IMG/VR virus record: IMGVR_UViG_3300023181_000025
Coordinates: 62,001-126,000 of that record
Strand: one strand, 5' to 3'
DNA: 64,000 nucleotides
Below, piece after piece: positions 10,549 to 20,549 of the stretch (the first letter of the stretch is position 1; each line of letters begins with the position of its first letter). The notes below the pieces were generated by a model. It had not been told where the DNA came from. It was given only the letters and a program-made list of their open reading frames with translations, and ran no database searches. The position numbers and the translations under genes are program-made.

Positions 10549-11068
10549 CACAAAATCATATTTGGTTGGGGCCATCCAGTATGAAAATGGACAGGCTTGG
10601 AGATCTGATTTTACAGACAAGCTTAATTCCATAGGGGTGAGGGTTTTGAACCCATATAATAATATATTTGTAAATAGCCCGGCTGAAGATATCACAGCCC
10701 ATGAGGATTTATATAAGTTGATGGATAGCGGTCAATTTGATAAGGTTCGTCAACATATGAAATTAATACGGAATTTGGATTTATCAGCCGTTGATAGAAG
10801 TGATTTCATTGTGGCTTATATTAATCCAAAAGTTCCCACAATAGGCTCCATAGAAGAGTTAACAGTAGCTTCAGCAATTAAGCGCGCCACCTTTATCATT
10901 ATTGAAGGTGGAATAAAAAAATGCCCCTTTTGGCTTCTTGCGATGTTTCCAACAAAGTATTTTTATAATTCATTTGGGGAAGCTTGGGAAACTATTTCAA
11001 AAATTGATTCGGGGGAAATAGAAATTGATTCCGATAGATGGAGATTATTGGTCGAGCACTTGAGATGA
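10532..11068 (+). CDS. nucleoside 2-deoxyribosyltransferase-like protein
   Basis: YL.GAI, WR, V.NP, DL..VD.SD.IVA, TIGS.EEL. Confidence 0.7.
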   Translation: MGKLNNTKSYLVGAIQYENGQAWRSDFTDKLNSIGVRVLNPYNNIFVNSPAEDITAHEDLYKLMDSGQFDKVRQHMKLIRNLDLSAVDRSDFIVAYINPKVPTIGSIEELTVASAIKRATFIIIEGGIKKCPFWLLAMFPTKYFYNSFGEAWETISKIDSGEIEIDSDRWRLLVEHLR

Positions 11069-11116
11069 CCAAAAAATAGTGTAAATAATAAAGCAAAACA
11101 TAACAAAATAAAATAT

Positions 11117-11575
11117 ATGAAAATTGAATTCACGCAGGACTTCGAAGTAAAAGTCCAAAAAGATGGGGAAGAAACTAAAGTAAAAACTTTTGAAGGGGAT
11201 AAAAAATATTCCATCGAAAGCTTCAGAAATGCCGGTAATATTGTCGAGATTTCTTTTAAAGATGGATCTAGGATAAATAGATTGGCCGCTGGTTTAGTTA
11301 AAAGCGTCGAGCAATCGAAAGCTGAAATCAAGGAAGATCAAGAGTCCCAAGAAGAGCTAGATAAAATTAACAAAGAAATCGCGGACAGGGAGTTTGCAGA
11401 AATTAAGCAAAGAGAAGAAGATGAGGCCCGTGCTGTTAAAGAGCAAGAAGATGCTCTTCTGGCAGAACAAGAGAGAGAGGAACTGGCAGCAAAAATTGCC
11501 GAAGAAAATGCCAAAGAAGAGGAAAAAGAAGCCAAAAAGACAAAGAAAAAGTCAGACAAAGTCGATAAAGACTAA
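11117..11575 (+). CDS. hypothetical protein with charged coiled-coil tail
   Basis: E/K/A-rich C-terminus; preceded by AGTGTAA motif. Confidence 0.6.
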   Translation: MKIEFTQDFEVKVQKDGEETKVKTFEGDKKYSIESFRNAGNIVEISFKDGSRINRLAAGLVKSVEQSKAEIKEDQESQEELDKINKEIADREFAEIKQREEDEARAVKEQEDALLAEQEREELAAKIAEENAKEEEKEAKKTKKKSDKVDKD

Positions 11576-11864
11576 TTTCTCTCCCCTTCCATAAGAAATC
11601 GCGAAAGATTGAAATAATTTTAATATAATTAAATCCTTGGTTATAGCCGGACGATAAAGTTGGGTGTAATTAGAAGTTTCGCAATTTTTCAAAAAATCTA
11701 ATTGTTTTTTAAGGATTTCCCTTGCGGGAAATCTTTTTTTTGCGTATGCGAGCCATTCATCGAATTTATCTTCTTGACTTTTTATGGAAAATTGATAAAG
11801 TGCAATCCACGCAAGTAATTCTTCTGAGTTACAATTTGCTTCAAATATTTTCTCAACACTTTCC

Positions 11865-13370
11865 ATGACTAAAGATTTTTACGAACACAAGACAGTTACA
11901 CAAAAACAATTAGATTTTTGGTTCCTGAAGAGAAAAAACGTTCTTTTTATATCCGAGTTCGGGGTCGGGAAAACGACCATTGTAAAAAATTATTTTGAGA
12001 GCATGGGTCTAAACTATGCTATATTCAGCGGTGCCACACTGGACCCTTGGGTAGATCTAATTGGGATTCCAAAACTAGTTGAGAAAGAATTTTCGAGGAA
12101 AGACGAAAAAGGCAAAGAAATTAAATATATTGATAAAGTATTAGAATTTGCGCGTCCGCAGAATCTAAGTGAAGATATCGAAGCGATTTTCATTGATGAA
12201 TTTAATAGATCACACCCGAAAGTAAGAAATGCGGTAATGGAATTAATGCAGTTTAAAACAATTAATGGCAGAAAATTTCCCAACCTCAAGGTCATATGGG
12301 GCGCGATAAATCCAGACAACTCTGATAATTCTTATGATATTGATGTTGTGGACCCTGCACAATTAGATAGATTCCACGTTATTATTAATTTGGCTAATCA
12401 AATTAACGTAGAGGTTTTCACAAAAAAATATAATAAGGCAATTGCAGAGTCTTGTCACAATTGGTATAATAAATTAGACCAATCGTTTAAAAGCTTTGTT
12501 AGCCCGCGTCGTTTAGATTATGCTGTGGAGCACTATTTACAAGGTGGAGATATAAGAGAGATTTTACCGCATAAGGGTTTAAATATTGTGGATTTGGTAA
12601 AACAATGGCGCACAAGCAATGATTTTGACAAATTTAAAACTCTAATATCTGCGGGTGACGAGGATCAAATTAAAATATTTCTAGGTAATCAAGAGTCTTA
12701 TCAATCTGTGCTAAAGGATTGCTTAGGGAGTAACGAATATTGTAATATACTAATAAAATATGCCCTACCCGAACAAATATTGGCGCTTGCAGAAAGTGAA
12801 CCGAAAACGGCTAATTTAATTTACAAAGCCGCCCAAACAAGAAAGGATTTATACGAAAGCTTGAACGAACATAAGAAGGCATCGGGATCTTACCCCGATT
12901 GGTTTTCTAGTTCTTCTGGAGCGGTTTTAAATGCCAAGGTTTGTTTGGATTGTTTTGAAGAGCAGATCAATATTTATCCCCTTAATCTTGGATGGCAAAC
13001 GGAAGTAAATGATATAGCTGGGTTAGTTAATTCAAGGGCACTTTCGGAAATACTTGATGATATTAAATCTCCTTCCGAGGTTTCAATTGTTTCAATTAAT
13101 GAAGATTCGGCCATTAATTTTCTTCGTTTTTGTAAGAAATTTTCAGATGCTTTTGGAATTTCTAAAATATATGAAGATGATACCAACTCAAAGAAAATAG
13201 TATCTAATAAGTTTAAATCCCTTTATTATAGTTCTCTTTACACCTTTTATTTAAAGGATGCAAATTTCTTAGGAGTTGAGTATGAGGTTCCGGGAGTAAT
13301 AAAGCTTATCAATTCGTTTAGTGGCCCGAAAAAATTAGTTAAAGGCAAATTTCTTCAAGAAGATCTATGA
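11865..13370 (+). CDS. MoxR-like AAA+ ATPase
   Basis: FGVGKT, DL.GIP, IFIDEFNR, GAINP, DPAQLDRF, SPRR. Confidence 0.88.
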   Translation: MTKDFYEHKTVTQKQLDFWFLKRKNVLFISEFGVGKTTIVKNYFESMGLNYAIFSGATLDPWVDLIGIPKLVEKEFSRKDEKGKEIKYIDKVLEFARPQNLSEDIEAIFIDEFNRSHPKVRNAVMELMQFKTINGRKFPNLKVIWGAINPDNSDNSYDIDVVDPAQLDRFHVIINLANQINVEVFTKKYNKAIAESCHNWYNKLDQSFKSFVSPRRLDYAVEHYLQGGDIREILPHKGLNIVDLVKQWRTSNDFDKFKTLISAGDEDQIKIFLGNQESYQSVLKDCLGSNEYCNILIKYALPEQILALAESEPKTANLIYKAAQTRKDLYESLNEHKKASGSYPDWFSSSSGAVLNAKVCLDCFEEQINIYPLNLGWQTEVNDIAGLVNSRALSEILDDIKSPSEVSIVSINEDSAINFLRFCKKFSDAFGISKIYEDDTNSKKIVSNKFKSLYYSSLYTFYLKDANFLGVEYEVPGVIKLINSFSGPKKLVKGKFLQEDL

Positions 13371-14539
13371 CTGATTCTGAAAGAAATAAAAGATTCGATA
13401 TAATTAAGTATCAATTGATGGAGTTTTCTGAGTGTTTTTATGAACTTGGGAAAATAGGAGACCCTATTTGGGACGACTCAATTCCAACTGCCCAGATAGA
13501 GTTTACTCGCGATGGAAGGAGACTTGCATTTAGATGGAGCACAATTGATTTTGACAAGCATGATGACTATACAATTATGGCTACTTTATGCCATGAAATG
13601 TGTCATATTATTTTGCAACATGGCAAAAGAGGCTTGAAGCTCACAGACCATCGGAAGGCGAATATAATGATGGATGTATATGTAAATCATTTAATGGTTG
13701 ACGGGTTTGGAATGAACAGGTCATTGATTAATAACTGGAAAGACTGGTGTTGGCGCGATACCGTTTTTAATATAAATATAGAACATAAGCCATCTTTTGA
13801 ATATTATTATAATATTGAAGATGAGTTTATTGTTCCCGGCTTTAGCACCAGAGATGGCCATTCGTTTCTTATCGCGCCCGATTCTGAGATTAAAGATGCT
13901 ATAGAGGATGCCGCAACTGTGTTTTTTGATGCTCTCCCAAGCGGATACGGGGATGAGGCCAAAGAGATATGTTCCGATTTTGAAACAAAAAAATCAATTA
14001 AGAGAAAATTTGAACATCTAGTGAAGGGATTGGTTTCCTCAATAAAAGAAAAAGATGAATCGTTATTTGAATCTTGGGGGCAGTTAGACAGAAGGCTTTG
14101 CGATTTTACAACCGATATACCCGGATCAATAATTATAGATAGTCATATTGCTCCAAGAAAATATCGTTGTTATTTTTATGTAGATAATAGCGGATCGTGT
14201 GCTAATTGGGCAAAGAAATTTTGTAATGTTTCCGCATCCCTTGATGAAAAGTTATTTGAGGTGAAGCTTTTTAGTTTCGATACCAAAGTGTATGAAGTTG
14301 AAAAACAAAATAATTTATACCGTCTATATGGTGGAGGAGGAACGAGCTTTGAGGTGGTTGTAAATCATTTGCAATCGCAAGAAGAAAAAGCGGACATTGT
14401 AATTGTTTTGACCGATGGTTTTGGCGAACAGGTTTTTCCAAAGAATAAGAAAATTTGGAATTGGTTATTAACAGAATGCGGGACAGCCAGCTCTCTAGAT
14501 AGGGCTGGCAATATTTATAGATTATCTCAGTATGAATAA
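13367..14539 (+). CDS. metallopeptidase-vWA protein (DUF2201-like), AAA partner
   Basis: HEMCH zinc motif; MIDAS DNSGS, GGGTSF, TDG. Confidence 0.85.
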   Translation: MTDSERNKRFDIIKYQLMEFSECFYELGKIGDPIWDDSIPTAQIEFTRDGRRLAFRWSTIDFDKHDDYTIMATLCHEMCHIILQHGKRGLKLTDHRKANIMMDVYVNHLMVDGFGMNRSLINNWKDWCWRDTVFNINIEHKPSFEYYYNIEDEFIVPGFSTRDGHSFLIAPDSEIKDAIEDAATVFFDALPSGYGDEAKEICSDFETKKSIKRKFEHLVKGLVSSIKEKDESLFESWGQLDRRLCDFTTDIPGSIIIDSHIAPRKYRCYFYVDNSGSCANWAKKFCNVSASLDEKLFEVKLFSFDTKVYEVEKQNNLYRLYGGGGTSFEVVVNHLQSQEEKADIVIVLTDGFGEQVFPKNKKIWNWLLTECGTASSLDRAGNIYRLSQYE

Positions 14540-15230
14540 AATAAATGCTATATATTTTTCCTGTGAGAGGGATGCGGATATGCTAGAGAACTCAATCGAC
14601 TCGTTGCGATTAAATTATCCAATTAATAGGATCATTGTTGCAAACGATTTAAACGATCCAATCTTAAGAAAAATTCCCGGAGTGGAAATTATAAATAAAA
14701 AGAAATCTAGCGAAAAACTCTATGGACTTGAAAATATTGGTGAGATGCTTTCTTTTTTTAAATTCGCATCGAATGATTGCGATTATATACAAAAGATTGA
14801 CAGCGATACATTGGTTTGCTCAGATTTAGCTTATAGAAATCTGGAAGAGGGAAAGTGGGACGCATACGGGTCTTTTCCTATGGCAATTCCCGAAATGATC
14901 CCCCCAAGGCATTTCGCGGGACCGTCCTATTTTCTTAGGTCTTCTTTAGCGGCGAAATTATTTGACTTTGGATTCCCAAAAACGGTTCATGATTGGGCTT
15001 GGATGAAATACCCCGAGGACATGGTAATAAGTGATATTTGCAATCATCTCACTCAAAACATTCAAGTTGATGGAACCGCCATGCATAAGGCCGGAAAGTA
15101 TTTATTCGATACATACTTGACAAAAATAGCGGGTTGTGATAAAAGTGAAATTACAAAATACGGATTTGCTCATTGTCGGACTAACCCCTATGTTTTGCGG
15201 TATATTAAGGAAAAGATTTATGTAAAATAA
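14532..15230 (+). CDS. putative GT-A glycosyltransferase
   Basis: KIDSD DxD motif, G..YFL, PED. Confidence 0.55.
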   Translation: MNKINAIYFSCERDADMLENSIDSLRLNYPINRIIVANDLNDPILRKIPGVEIINKKKSSEKLYGLENIGEMLSFFKFASNDCDYIQKIDSDTLVCSDLAYRNLEEGKWDAYGSFPMAIPEMIPPRHFAGPSYFLRSSLAAKLFDFGFPKTVHDWAWMKYPEDMVISDICNHLTQNIQVDGTAMHKAGKYLFDTYLTKIAGCDKSEITKYGFAHCRTNPYVLRYIKEKIYVK

Positions 15231-15687
15231 TAACTTTTGCTATTGAATATGGAGGATTAGTTTGTATTTAGCTTAGAGAAAAATTAAAATATGAAAACAA
15301 AAAAACTGGAATTATCAAATGAAGAAGCAAAGCTACTAAATAATATTTTAGTAGAACATTGTATGAGTGTGGTAGAATTGCTAAATACGTGTAAAACAAA
15401 ACAAGATCACGACAACACGTTGAAGATTATTCAGTCGTCTGTCTTTTCTCAGCAAACTCTTTTCGCCCAAGTGGTTTCTAGAGAATATGAATTTGGAGAG
15501 GGATTTTTAGATTTTCTAAATGCCATTATAGAAGCGGCTATTGAATATCTTAAGGAAATCAAGGAAAAAACAAATGATATTCTTCAAAACGTCACATTGA
15601 GCACAAACATTGATTTGCTTGAGGGCATCATAAAAAAAATTCCAGAAAAGAGCTTGATTATTACCTGATCACAGATATCATATTTTT

Positions 15688-16188
15688 ATGAGCACTTTTA
15701 AAAATAGACAAAATAAATGTTTCGATACGGTTTGTGGCCAAAAAATTTGGAAGTCTCGAAATGTAGCGGTTGCGACTTGTATCTTGCGCCCAAAGCCCCA
15801 AGAAGACTCAAAATTACAAATTCTTGCCATCGAAAGAGGCCCCGCCGTAACCGACACAGGTAAATTTTGTTTTCCCTGTGGGTATCTAGATTGGGATGAA
15901 ACCGTTGAACAAGGGGCGCTTAGAGAAGTTTTTGAAGAATCCAACATTTCACTTTCCGAAGAAGATTTAGAGTTTCAATATGTAAACAGTGACCCAAATT
16001 CCGAACTTCAGAATGTTACCATGCATTTTATTGCATACGCTCTTGACGGGGAAGAAATCTCTGGCAAGAATGCAGAAGAAGGTGAGATTACCAGTGTTAG
16101 GTGGGTTGATATCGAAAATATCAAAGATTATATTTGGGCTTTTAATCATGATAAAATTGCACTAAATTACTTACGCCATGTCCTTTGA
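15688..16188 (+). CDS. Nudix hydrolase
   Basis: GYLDWDETVEQGALREVFEESNI Nudix box. Confidence 0.92.
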   Translation: MSTFKNRQNKCFDTVCGQKIWKSRNVAVATCILRPKPQEDSKLQILAIERGPAVTDTGKFCFPCGYLDWDETVEQGALREVFEESNISLSEEDLEFQYVNSDPNSELQNVTMHFIAYALDGEEISGKNAEEGEITSVRWVDIENIKDYIWAFNHDKIALNYLRHVL

Positions 16189-16371
16189 TATAAAAATTAT
16201 TAATTACTTAGAAAGGCTCGCGGGTTTGAAGGCTAAAATAAATACGCGTTATTATGGTTCAGTAGAAGCTATTACTGAAAAAGGCGAAAAAGTTATTGTC
16301 CCAGATAATAATTTTGAATATTTGTCAGAAAGTAATTCCCATAGTAATAATACTGGTGTAAAATAAAAAGT

Positions 16372-16487
16372 ATGAGCGTATGTAATTCCAAATTTACCCA
16401 TAAGACAGGAGCGAGTAATCGTTATCTGGGGTAAGATTTGTATTTATATACTTCTCTTTTAAACCCCACTTTAAAGTGGGTTTTTTT
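16372..16487 (+). promoter_or_regulatory. attenuator-like unit: 20-aa leader ORF (16372-16434) + intrinsic terminator
   Basis: MSVCNSKFTHKTGASNRYLG*; CCCACT-ttaa-AGTGGG-T7; leader end TGGGGT complements ACCCCA in terminator arm. Confidence 0.5.
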
Positions 16488-16559
16488 GTTCTTTGACATT
16501 AAATATTTTATTTATCTTGACAGATAGAGTGTATTATCATACACTCATGCCAAGATTAA

Positions 16560-16631
16560 CTTGACTTAGCTGAGATGGATTAGCATGAATTTGAAACATT
16601 CACTAGGGAGGATCGTTACCTCCAGTCAAGG
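16560..16631 (+). tRNA. tRNA-Phe(GAA)
   Basis: acceptor CTTGACT/AGTCAAG, loop TTGAAAC. Confidence 0.85.
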
Positions 16632-16638
16632 CTTAAAT

Positions 16639-16711
16639 TGCGTATTGGTAGATTGGTTTCATACAGGAATCTGCAAAATTTCAGAAATGGGTTCGATTCC
16701 CATATACGCAT
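16639..16711 (+). tRNA. tRNA-Cys(GCA)
   Basis: TGCGTAT/ATACGCA, loop CTGCAAA, TTCGATT. Confidence 0.9.
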
Positions 16712-17056
16712 CTTATGATTGAGGAATGGAAAAGAGTCTTAACCAAGGTAACTGTTTTTCCATTGGCAACAATTGATTCAGTATTTTTTATCTTAAAAGA
16801 TTCTCAAAAAACTATTGACTTTATTACTACTTGTAGTAAAACAGGGGTGCAACCAATAAAAACATTGGTAAGCCTTAAAAACTTATTAAAATATGAATAT
16901 CGAAGACGCATTGAAAGTTTTATTGACTCCGGACGGTAAAGGGGCCAAAAGAAAAGCAGTGATCTTATCAGAACTTTGTGTTACAGCAAATGCTAATTTA
17001 GTTCGTGATATCATTGAAAAAATGTTGAAGAATAAGAAATTAGTGTAAATATATCT

Positions 17057-17128
17057 GGGTTGATAGCTTAATCGGTAAAGCCTTCGATTGTGAATCGAAC
17101 CTCGGGAGATCGTAGCTCCCTCAACCCT
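17057..17128 (+). tRNA. tRNA-His(GTG)
   Basis: GGGTTGA/TCAACCC, TTCGA-TTGTGAA-TCGAA; no encoded G-1. Confidence 0.85.
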
Positions 17129-17133
17129 CAGCA

Positions 17134-17736
17134 ATGTTTTACGATTTTATAGAAGCAGGATTATATCAGTTTGAGTCGCTGTCAAAAAGGGGCGACCTGC
17201 AAAAGGGTATTGTTATTGAACCGATAACTGATATTATAAACAAAACAGAAGTAGGAAAATATGTTTTCAAAGAGAACTCTGCAATTGACGGAGAAAGCCG
17301 CATAGATCATAGATTTTATGTTGACGATGAATTGAGAATAAAATATGATCTCCCTTCTTGGATTTGTAGTTTGTCGTCTTTTACTCAAGTTCATCCTCTG
17401 GTTGAAAAAGAATTTAATCAAAGGGGCATTTTTCTTTCGGAGATTAAATTGAGGCAAGTGGATGTTGTTACTTGGGAAATTATATTTCAAAAATACAATG
17501 TTGTTGGAGTAAATGTATTGAAATTAAATAGTTTTAAAAGAGATTGTAAGATTCTTGAATTATTTCTTGACCAAGCAGAAAAGACAGCCATAGTTCTTCC
17601 GGAGAAGATAATTTATCATACTCTTTACGAAAAGGATATTAATTACGTCGAAAGCTCATACAAGAGACTAAAGGAACTAGGTTATAAGATAGAAATAATA
17701 GGGATAGAAACGATCGCAACCAAAAATGAAAATTAA
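17134..17736 (+). CDS. FkbM-like methyltransferase (divergent)
   Basis: YDFIE.G, GIVIEP, V..LK.....DC.IL. Confidence 0.5.
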   Translation: MFYDFIEAGLYQFESLSKRGDLQKGIVIEPITDIINKTEVGKYVFKENSAIDGESRIDHRFYVDDELRIKYDLPSWICSLSSFTQVHPLVEKEFNQRGIFLSEIKLRQVDVVTWEIIFQKYNVVGVNVLKLNSFKRDCKILELFLDQAEKTAIVLPEKIIYHTLYEKDINYVESSYKRLKELGYKIEIIGIETIATKNEN

Positions 17737-18412
17737 ATACTATACAGTAGGTGGGGCGATAAGGGACGAACTACTTGGAGTTAAAAGTAAAGATATTGAT
17801 TTTGCAGTAGAGGCTTCAAGCTATGAAGCGATGAGAGAGGATCTAATTTCCAAAGGTATTGAGATTTTTCAGGAGCGTCCCGATTTTTTTGCAATTAGAG
17901 GAAAGCATCCGAAATTGGGCGCGGTTGATTATACATTGTGTAGAAAAGAAGGATTTTATTCTGATGGACGTAGACCAGACAGTGTTACGATCTGTTCAAT
18001 TGAAGAAGAGCTTTCCAGAAGGGACTTTTCGATCAACTCGATGGCCAAAAATGAAGAAGGAATTTTAATTGACCCATTTGATGGGGCGCGGGATTTAGAA
18101 AATAATCTTTTGAGATGTGTTGGTAGTTCTTACGAAAGATTTTCCGAAGATTCCCTTCGATTAATTAGAGCTATTCGATTTTTCATAACCAGAGGGTTTC
18201 GCCTTCATGAGGACATATGTTATTGTTTGAGAGATGAATTTCTTTTGGAAAAAATTAAAAATATTTCAATTGAAAGAATCTATGAAGAGTTGACAAAGTG
18301 TTTCGCTTATGATAGCTTTGCGACACTTCAGTTTTTCAGAGAATATCGTAAGTTGGAAAAGGTTGTTTTTGAAGACATCGGATTAAAATTGACACCAAAA
18401 ATAATCAAGTAG
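17726..18412 (+). CDS. cca: tRNA nucleotidyltransferase (class II CCA-adding, short form)
   Basis: VGGAIRD.LLG...KDIDF, RRDFSINSMA, DPFDG..DL, EDSLRLIRAIRF, ERIYEEL. Confidence 0.9.
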   Translation: MKIKYYTVGGAIRDELLGVKSKDIDFAVEASSYEAMREDLISKGIEIFQERPDFFAIRGKHPKLGAVDYTLCRKEGFYSDGRRPDSVTICSIEEELSRRDFSINSMAKNEEGILIDPFDGARDLENNLLRCVGSSYERFSEDSLRLIRAIRFFITRGFRLHEDICYCLRDEFLLEKIKNISIERIYEELTKCFAYDSFATLQFFREYRKLEKVVFEDIGLKLTPKIIK

Positions 18413-18417
18413 AATAT

Positions 18418-18489
18418 GCCTTCCTAGCTCAAGTTAGAGCAAGCCCCCGAGGGGGCATAAGGTTTGTGGTTCATGTCCACGGGGAGGCG
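18418..18489 (+). ncRNA. tRNA-like RNA with tetraloop instead of anticodon loop
   Basis: GCCTTCC/GGGAGGC, D-arm GCTC/GAGC, T-arm; GCCCC-CGAG-GGGGC. Confidence 0.7.
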
Positions 18490-18521
18490 CAGAAAATATA
18501 TAAAAATATTATTTTATATAT

Positions 18522-18592
18522 GCCTCAATAATTCAATGGTAGAATTCTAGCTTTGTAATCTAGGAACGAGGGTTCGATTCCCTCTTGAGGCT
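18522..18592 (+). tRNA. tRNA-Thr(TGT)
   Basis: GCCTCAA/TTGAGGC, loop TTTGTAA. Confidence 0.88.
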
Positions 18593-18858
18593 CTTAACTC
18601 TTTAAATATCAACATATTACAACATGATTACATTTTTCCAATTAACATTTGCAGGAATTATTATAATGATGCTGTTTGATATTTTTTGGTTATCAGAATA
18701 TATTTTCAATAAGTCATTTCATAGAGTGGTTTACAATCGTATTTTAAAATTTAATGATAAAGGTTTCTTTGGCCGTTCCCATTCTATTGCATTGTGGACA
18801 TATATTTTGTGCCCGCCGATTTGGATCGCGGCATATTTATTAAATACATATTAAGTTA

Positions 18859-19461
18859 ATGAAAAACATTGCCGTCATAATGACCATGGAAGGCTATAGC
18901 CTTGTCAATTCAGAAGTATTTACTGAAAATAATCCTAATACCCCTGTTTACTATTTGTATGGGGACGCATCCAAAGAAAAAGGCAAAAGAAATATTGATA
19001 GGCTCGTAAAGAAGTGGTGGGAATCCGAAGGTAAAGAATTAGATTTTGAATACGCCTTATTTATGGAATGGGATGTATTGTTTGATGAGAAAATTGAAAA
19101 TATATTTTCAGAAGATTCCGATTTTGAAGTAAAAACTTTAATACAGGATGGGAGTGGCTGGATTGGATTCCGAGACAGAAGAAAAATTTTATCAGAATTT
19201 AAAACTTTAGTAGGAGTTGGCCCGCTTTGTTTGTTTAGAATTAGCCGAAAATGCTTAGAAGTTATTTTTAATCGAAAAAATATTGATGCTTTGTATGCTA
19301 AAGATATGGCGGCGGGCCTTAGATTTGGTTCACTCATTAATAGTTTTAGTTTTCAAATAAAAGAATTGGATAATATTAAAGGTGTTGATTGGGGTGGCGA
19401 AAATAAAGTCGTAAAAGGCAAGGGTGTTTGGCACCCAGTAAAAAATGTAGATTTTAGTTGA
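18859..19461 (+). CDS. putative glycosyltransferase-like protein
   Basis: EWDV motif, C-terminal WHPVK. Confidence 0.4.
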   Translation: MKNIAVIMTMEGYSLVNSEVFTENNPNTPVYYLYGDASKEKGKRNIDRLVKKWWESEGKELDFEYALFMEWDVLFDEKIENIFSEDSDFEVKTLIQDGSGWIGFRDRRKILSEFKTLVGVGPLCLFRISRKCLEVIFNRKNIDALYAKDMAAGLRFGSLINSFSFQIKELDNIKGVDWGGENKVVKGKGVWHPVKNVDFS

Positions 19462-19490
19462 CAATAATCTAAAAATAGTGTAAATTTCAT

Positions 19491-19564
19491 TGCGGGTTAG
19501 ACTGGAGGTGGTTCCAGCCAAGTTTCATAAGCTTAGGAGATCAGTTCGATTCTGATACCCGCAA
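19491..19564 (+). tRNA. tRNA-Met(CAT)
   Basis: TGCGGGT/ACCCGCA, loop TTCATAA. Confidence 0.85.
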
Positions 19565-19637
19565 CTCAAAAACAATTAAAAAGCTAATTGACTGTTAGTA
19601 AATGTATTGTTCTCTTTCGCTAGTCACTAAAGAGTTT

Positions 19638-19708
19638 CGCGCATTCGTCTAATGGTAAGATGCCTCAAAAACATGGGGTGAAAGGTGATTCGATTTCATC
19701 GTGCGCAA
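19638..19708 (+). ncRNA. tRNA-like RNA, 6-nt A-rich loop without U33
   Basis: GCGCAT/GTGCGC, D-arm with TGGTA, TTCGATT; CCTCA-AAAACA-TGGGG. Confidence 0.65.
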
Positions 19709-19714
19709 CATAAT

Positions 19715-19804
19715 TCCCATCGGGCTGGCTAGAGAAGGCTCTCGACTGTTAATCGAGTGGCACCGAATTAAGTAGGTGGCTAGGGGCGGAACCTAGGATG
19801 GGAG
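19715..19804 (+). tRNA. tRNA-Asn(GTT) with long variable arm
   Basis: TCCCATC/GATGGGA, CTCGA-CTGTTAA-TCGAG, atypical T-loop. Confidence 0.75.
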
Positions 19805-19854
19805 CAAATATTTCTTGACTTATCCAATAAATCAGGTAATATACAAAAAGATTA

Positions 19855-19932
19855 GCGGGAATAGCTCAATGTAGAGCGCGACTTGGTTTTAAAAATCCCG
19901 TCGAGGCAGCGGTTCAAACCCGTTTTCCCGCA
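19855..19932 (+). ncRNA. tRNA-like RNA with enlarged anticodon arm
   Basis: GCGGGAA/TTCCCGC, normal D/T arms, CGAC-17 nt-GTCG. Confidence 0.7.
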
Positions 19933-19936
19933 CAAA

Positions 19937-20014
19937 AACTCGGTCGTCTAATAAAAATTAGGGCACCACTCATCGGTAGTGGAAATAAAGGTGAAAGGCC
20001 TTTCCGGGTTGCCA
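19937..20014 (+). tRNA. atypical tRNA-Arg(TCG)-like, CCA encoded
   Basis: AACTCGG/CCGGGTT-G-CCA; CCACT-CATCGGT-AGTGG (A33). Confidence 0.6.
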
Positions 20015-20040
20015 TTTATAATGAATTTATTCATTGTGAC

Positions 20041-20150
20041 GCTGAATGACGGTTCTATTAGATATATTAAAAATAAATTGGCGCTCTGGCCTCTTCGTTT
20101 GCTTACTCATAAAGTATATCTTATACCAGATTCAATATCTGGGTTCAGCA
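20041..20150 (+). ncRNA. tRNA-like RNA with large insert in anticodon arm
   Basis: GCTGAAT/GTTCAGC, T-arm CCAGA-TTCAATA-TCTGG, AGATATA/TATATCT enclosing ~45 nt. Confidence 0.55.
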
Positions 20151-20164
20151 CATTGTAATATAAT

Positions 20165-20236
20165 GGGGGTAGAGCTTGTTAGGAGAAGCACTCGGCTTTT
20201 AACCGATAGAACTGGGTTCGAATCCCAGTGCCCCTA
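20165..20236 (+). tRNA. tRNA-Lys(TTT)
   Basis: loop CTTTTAA, GGTTCGAATCCC. Confidence 0.88.
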
Positions 20237-20251
20237 CATTTAATATTAATA

Positions 20252-20330
20252 GCGAGTATCACATAGAGGTCGATTGTGCCTAACTTCCAATTAGGAATAC
20301 CACGCGTGAGTTCGAATCTCACTACTCGCA
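20252..20330 (+). tRNA. tRNA-Gly(TCC)
   Basis: GCGAGTA/TACTCGC, CCTAA-CTTCCAA-TTAGG. Confidence 0.88.
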
Positions 20331-20549
20331 CATATTTATAATGAAAGAGCCAAATATTATAGTAAGATTGATTCTTTGTTTAATTTCTCCTATAAAATGG
20401 AGAGAAAGGCTGGTTTTAGGCAAGTGTTTTGTTATATTATATAGAGAAAGTAGAAACGATAGTTTGGCCTTCGAGCTAAAAGACAGAATAAATGAGTTGT
20501 GGGAAAAAGAATACGAAAAATGGTGGAAGTTTAAAGCGAAATATTTTTA

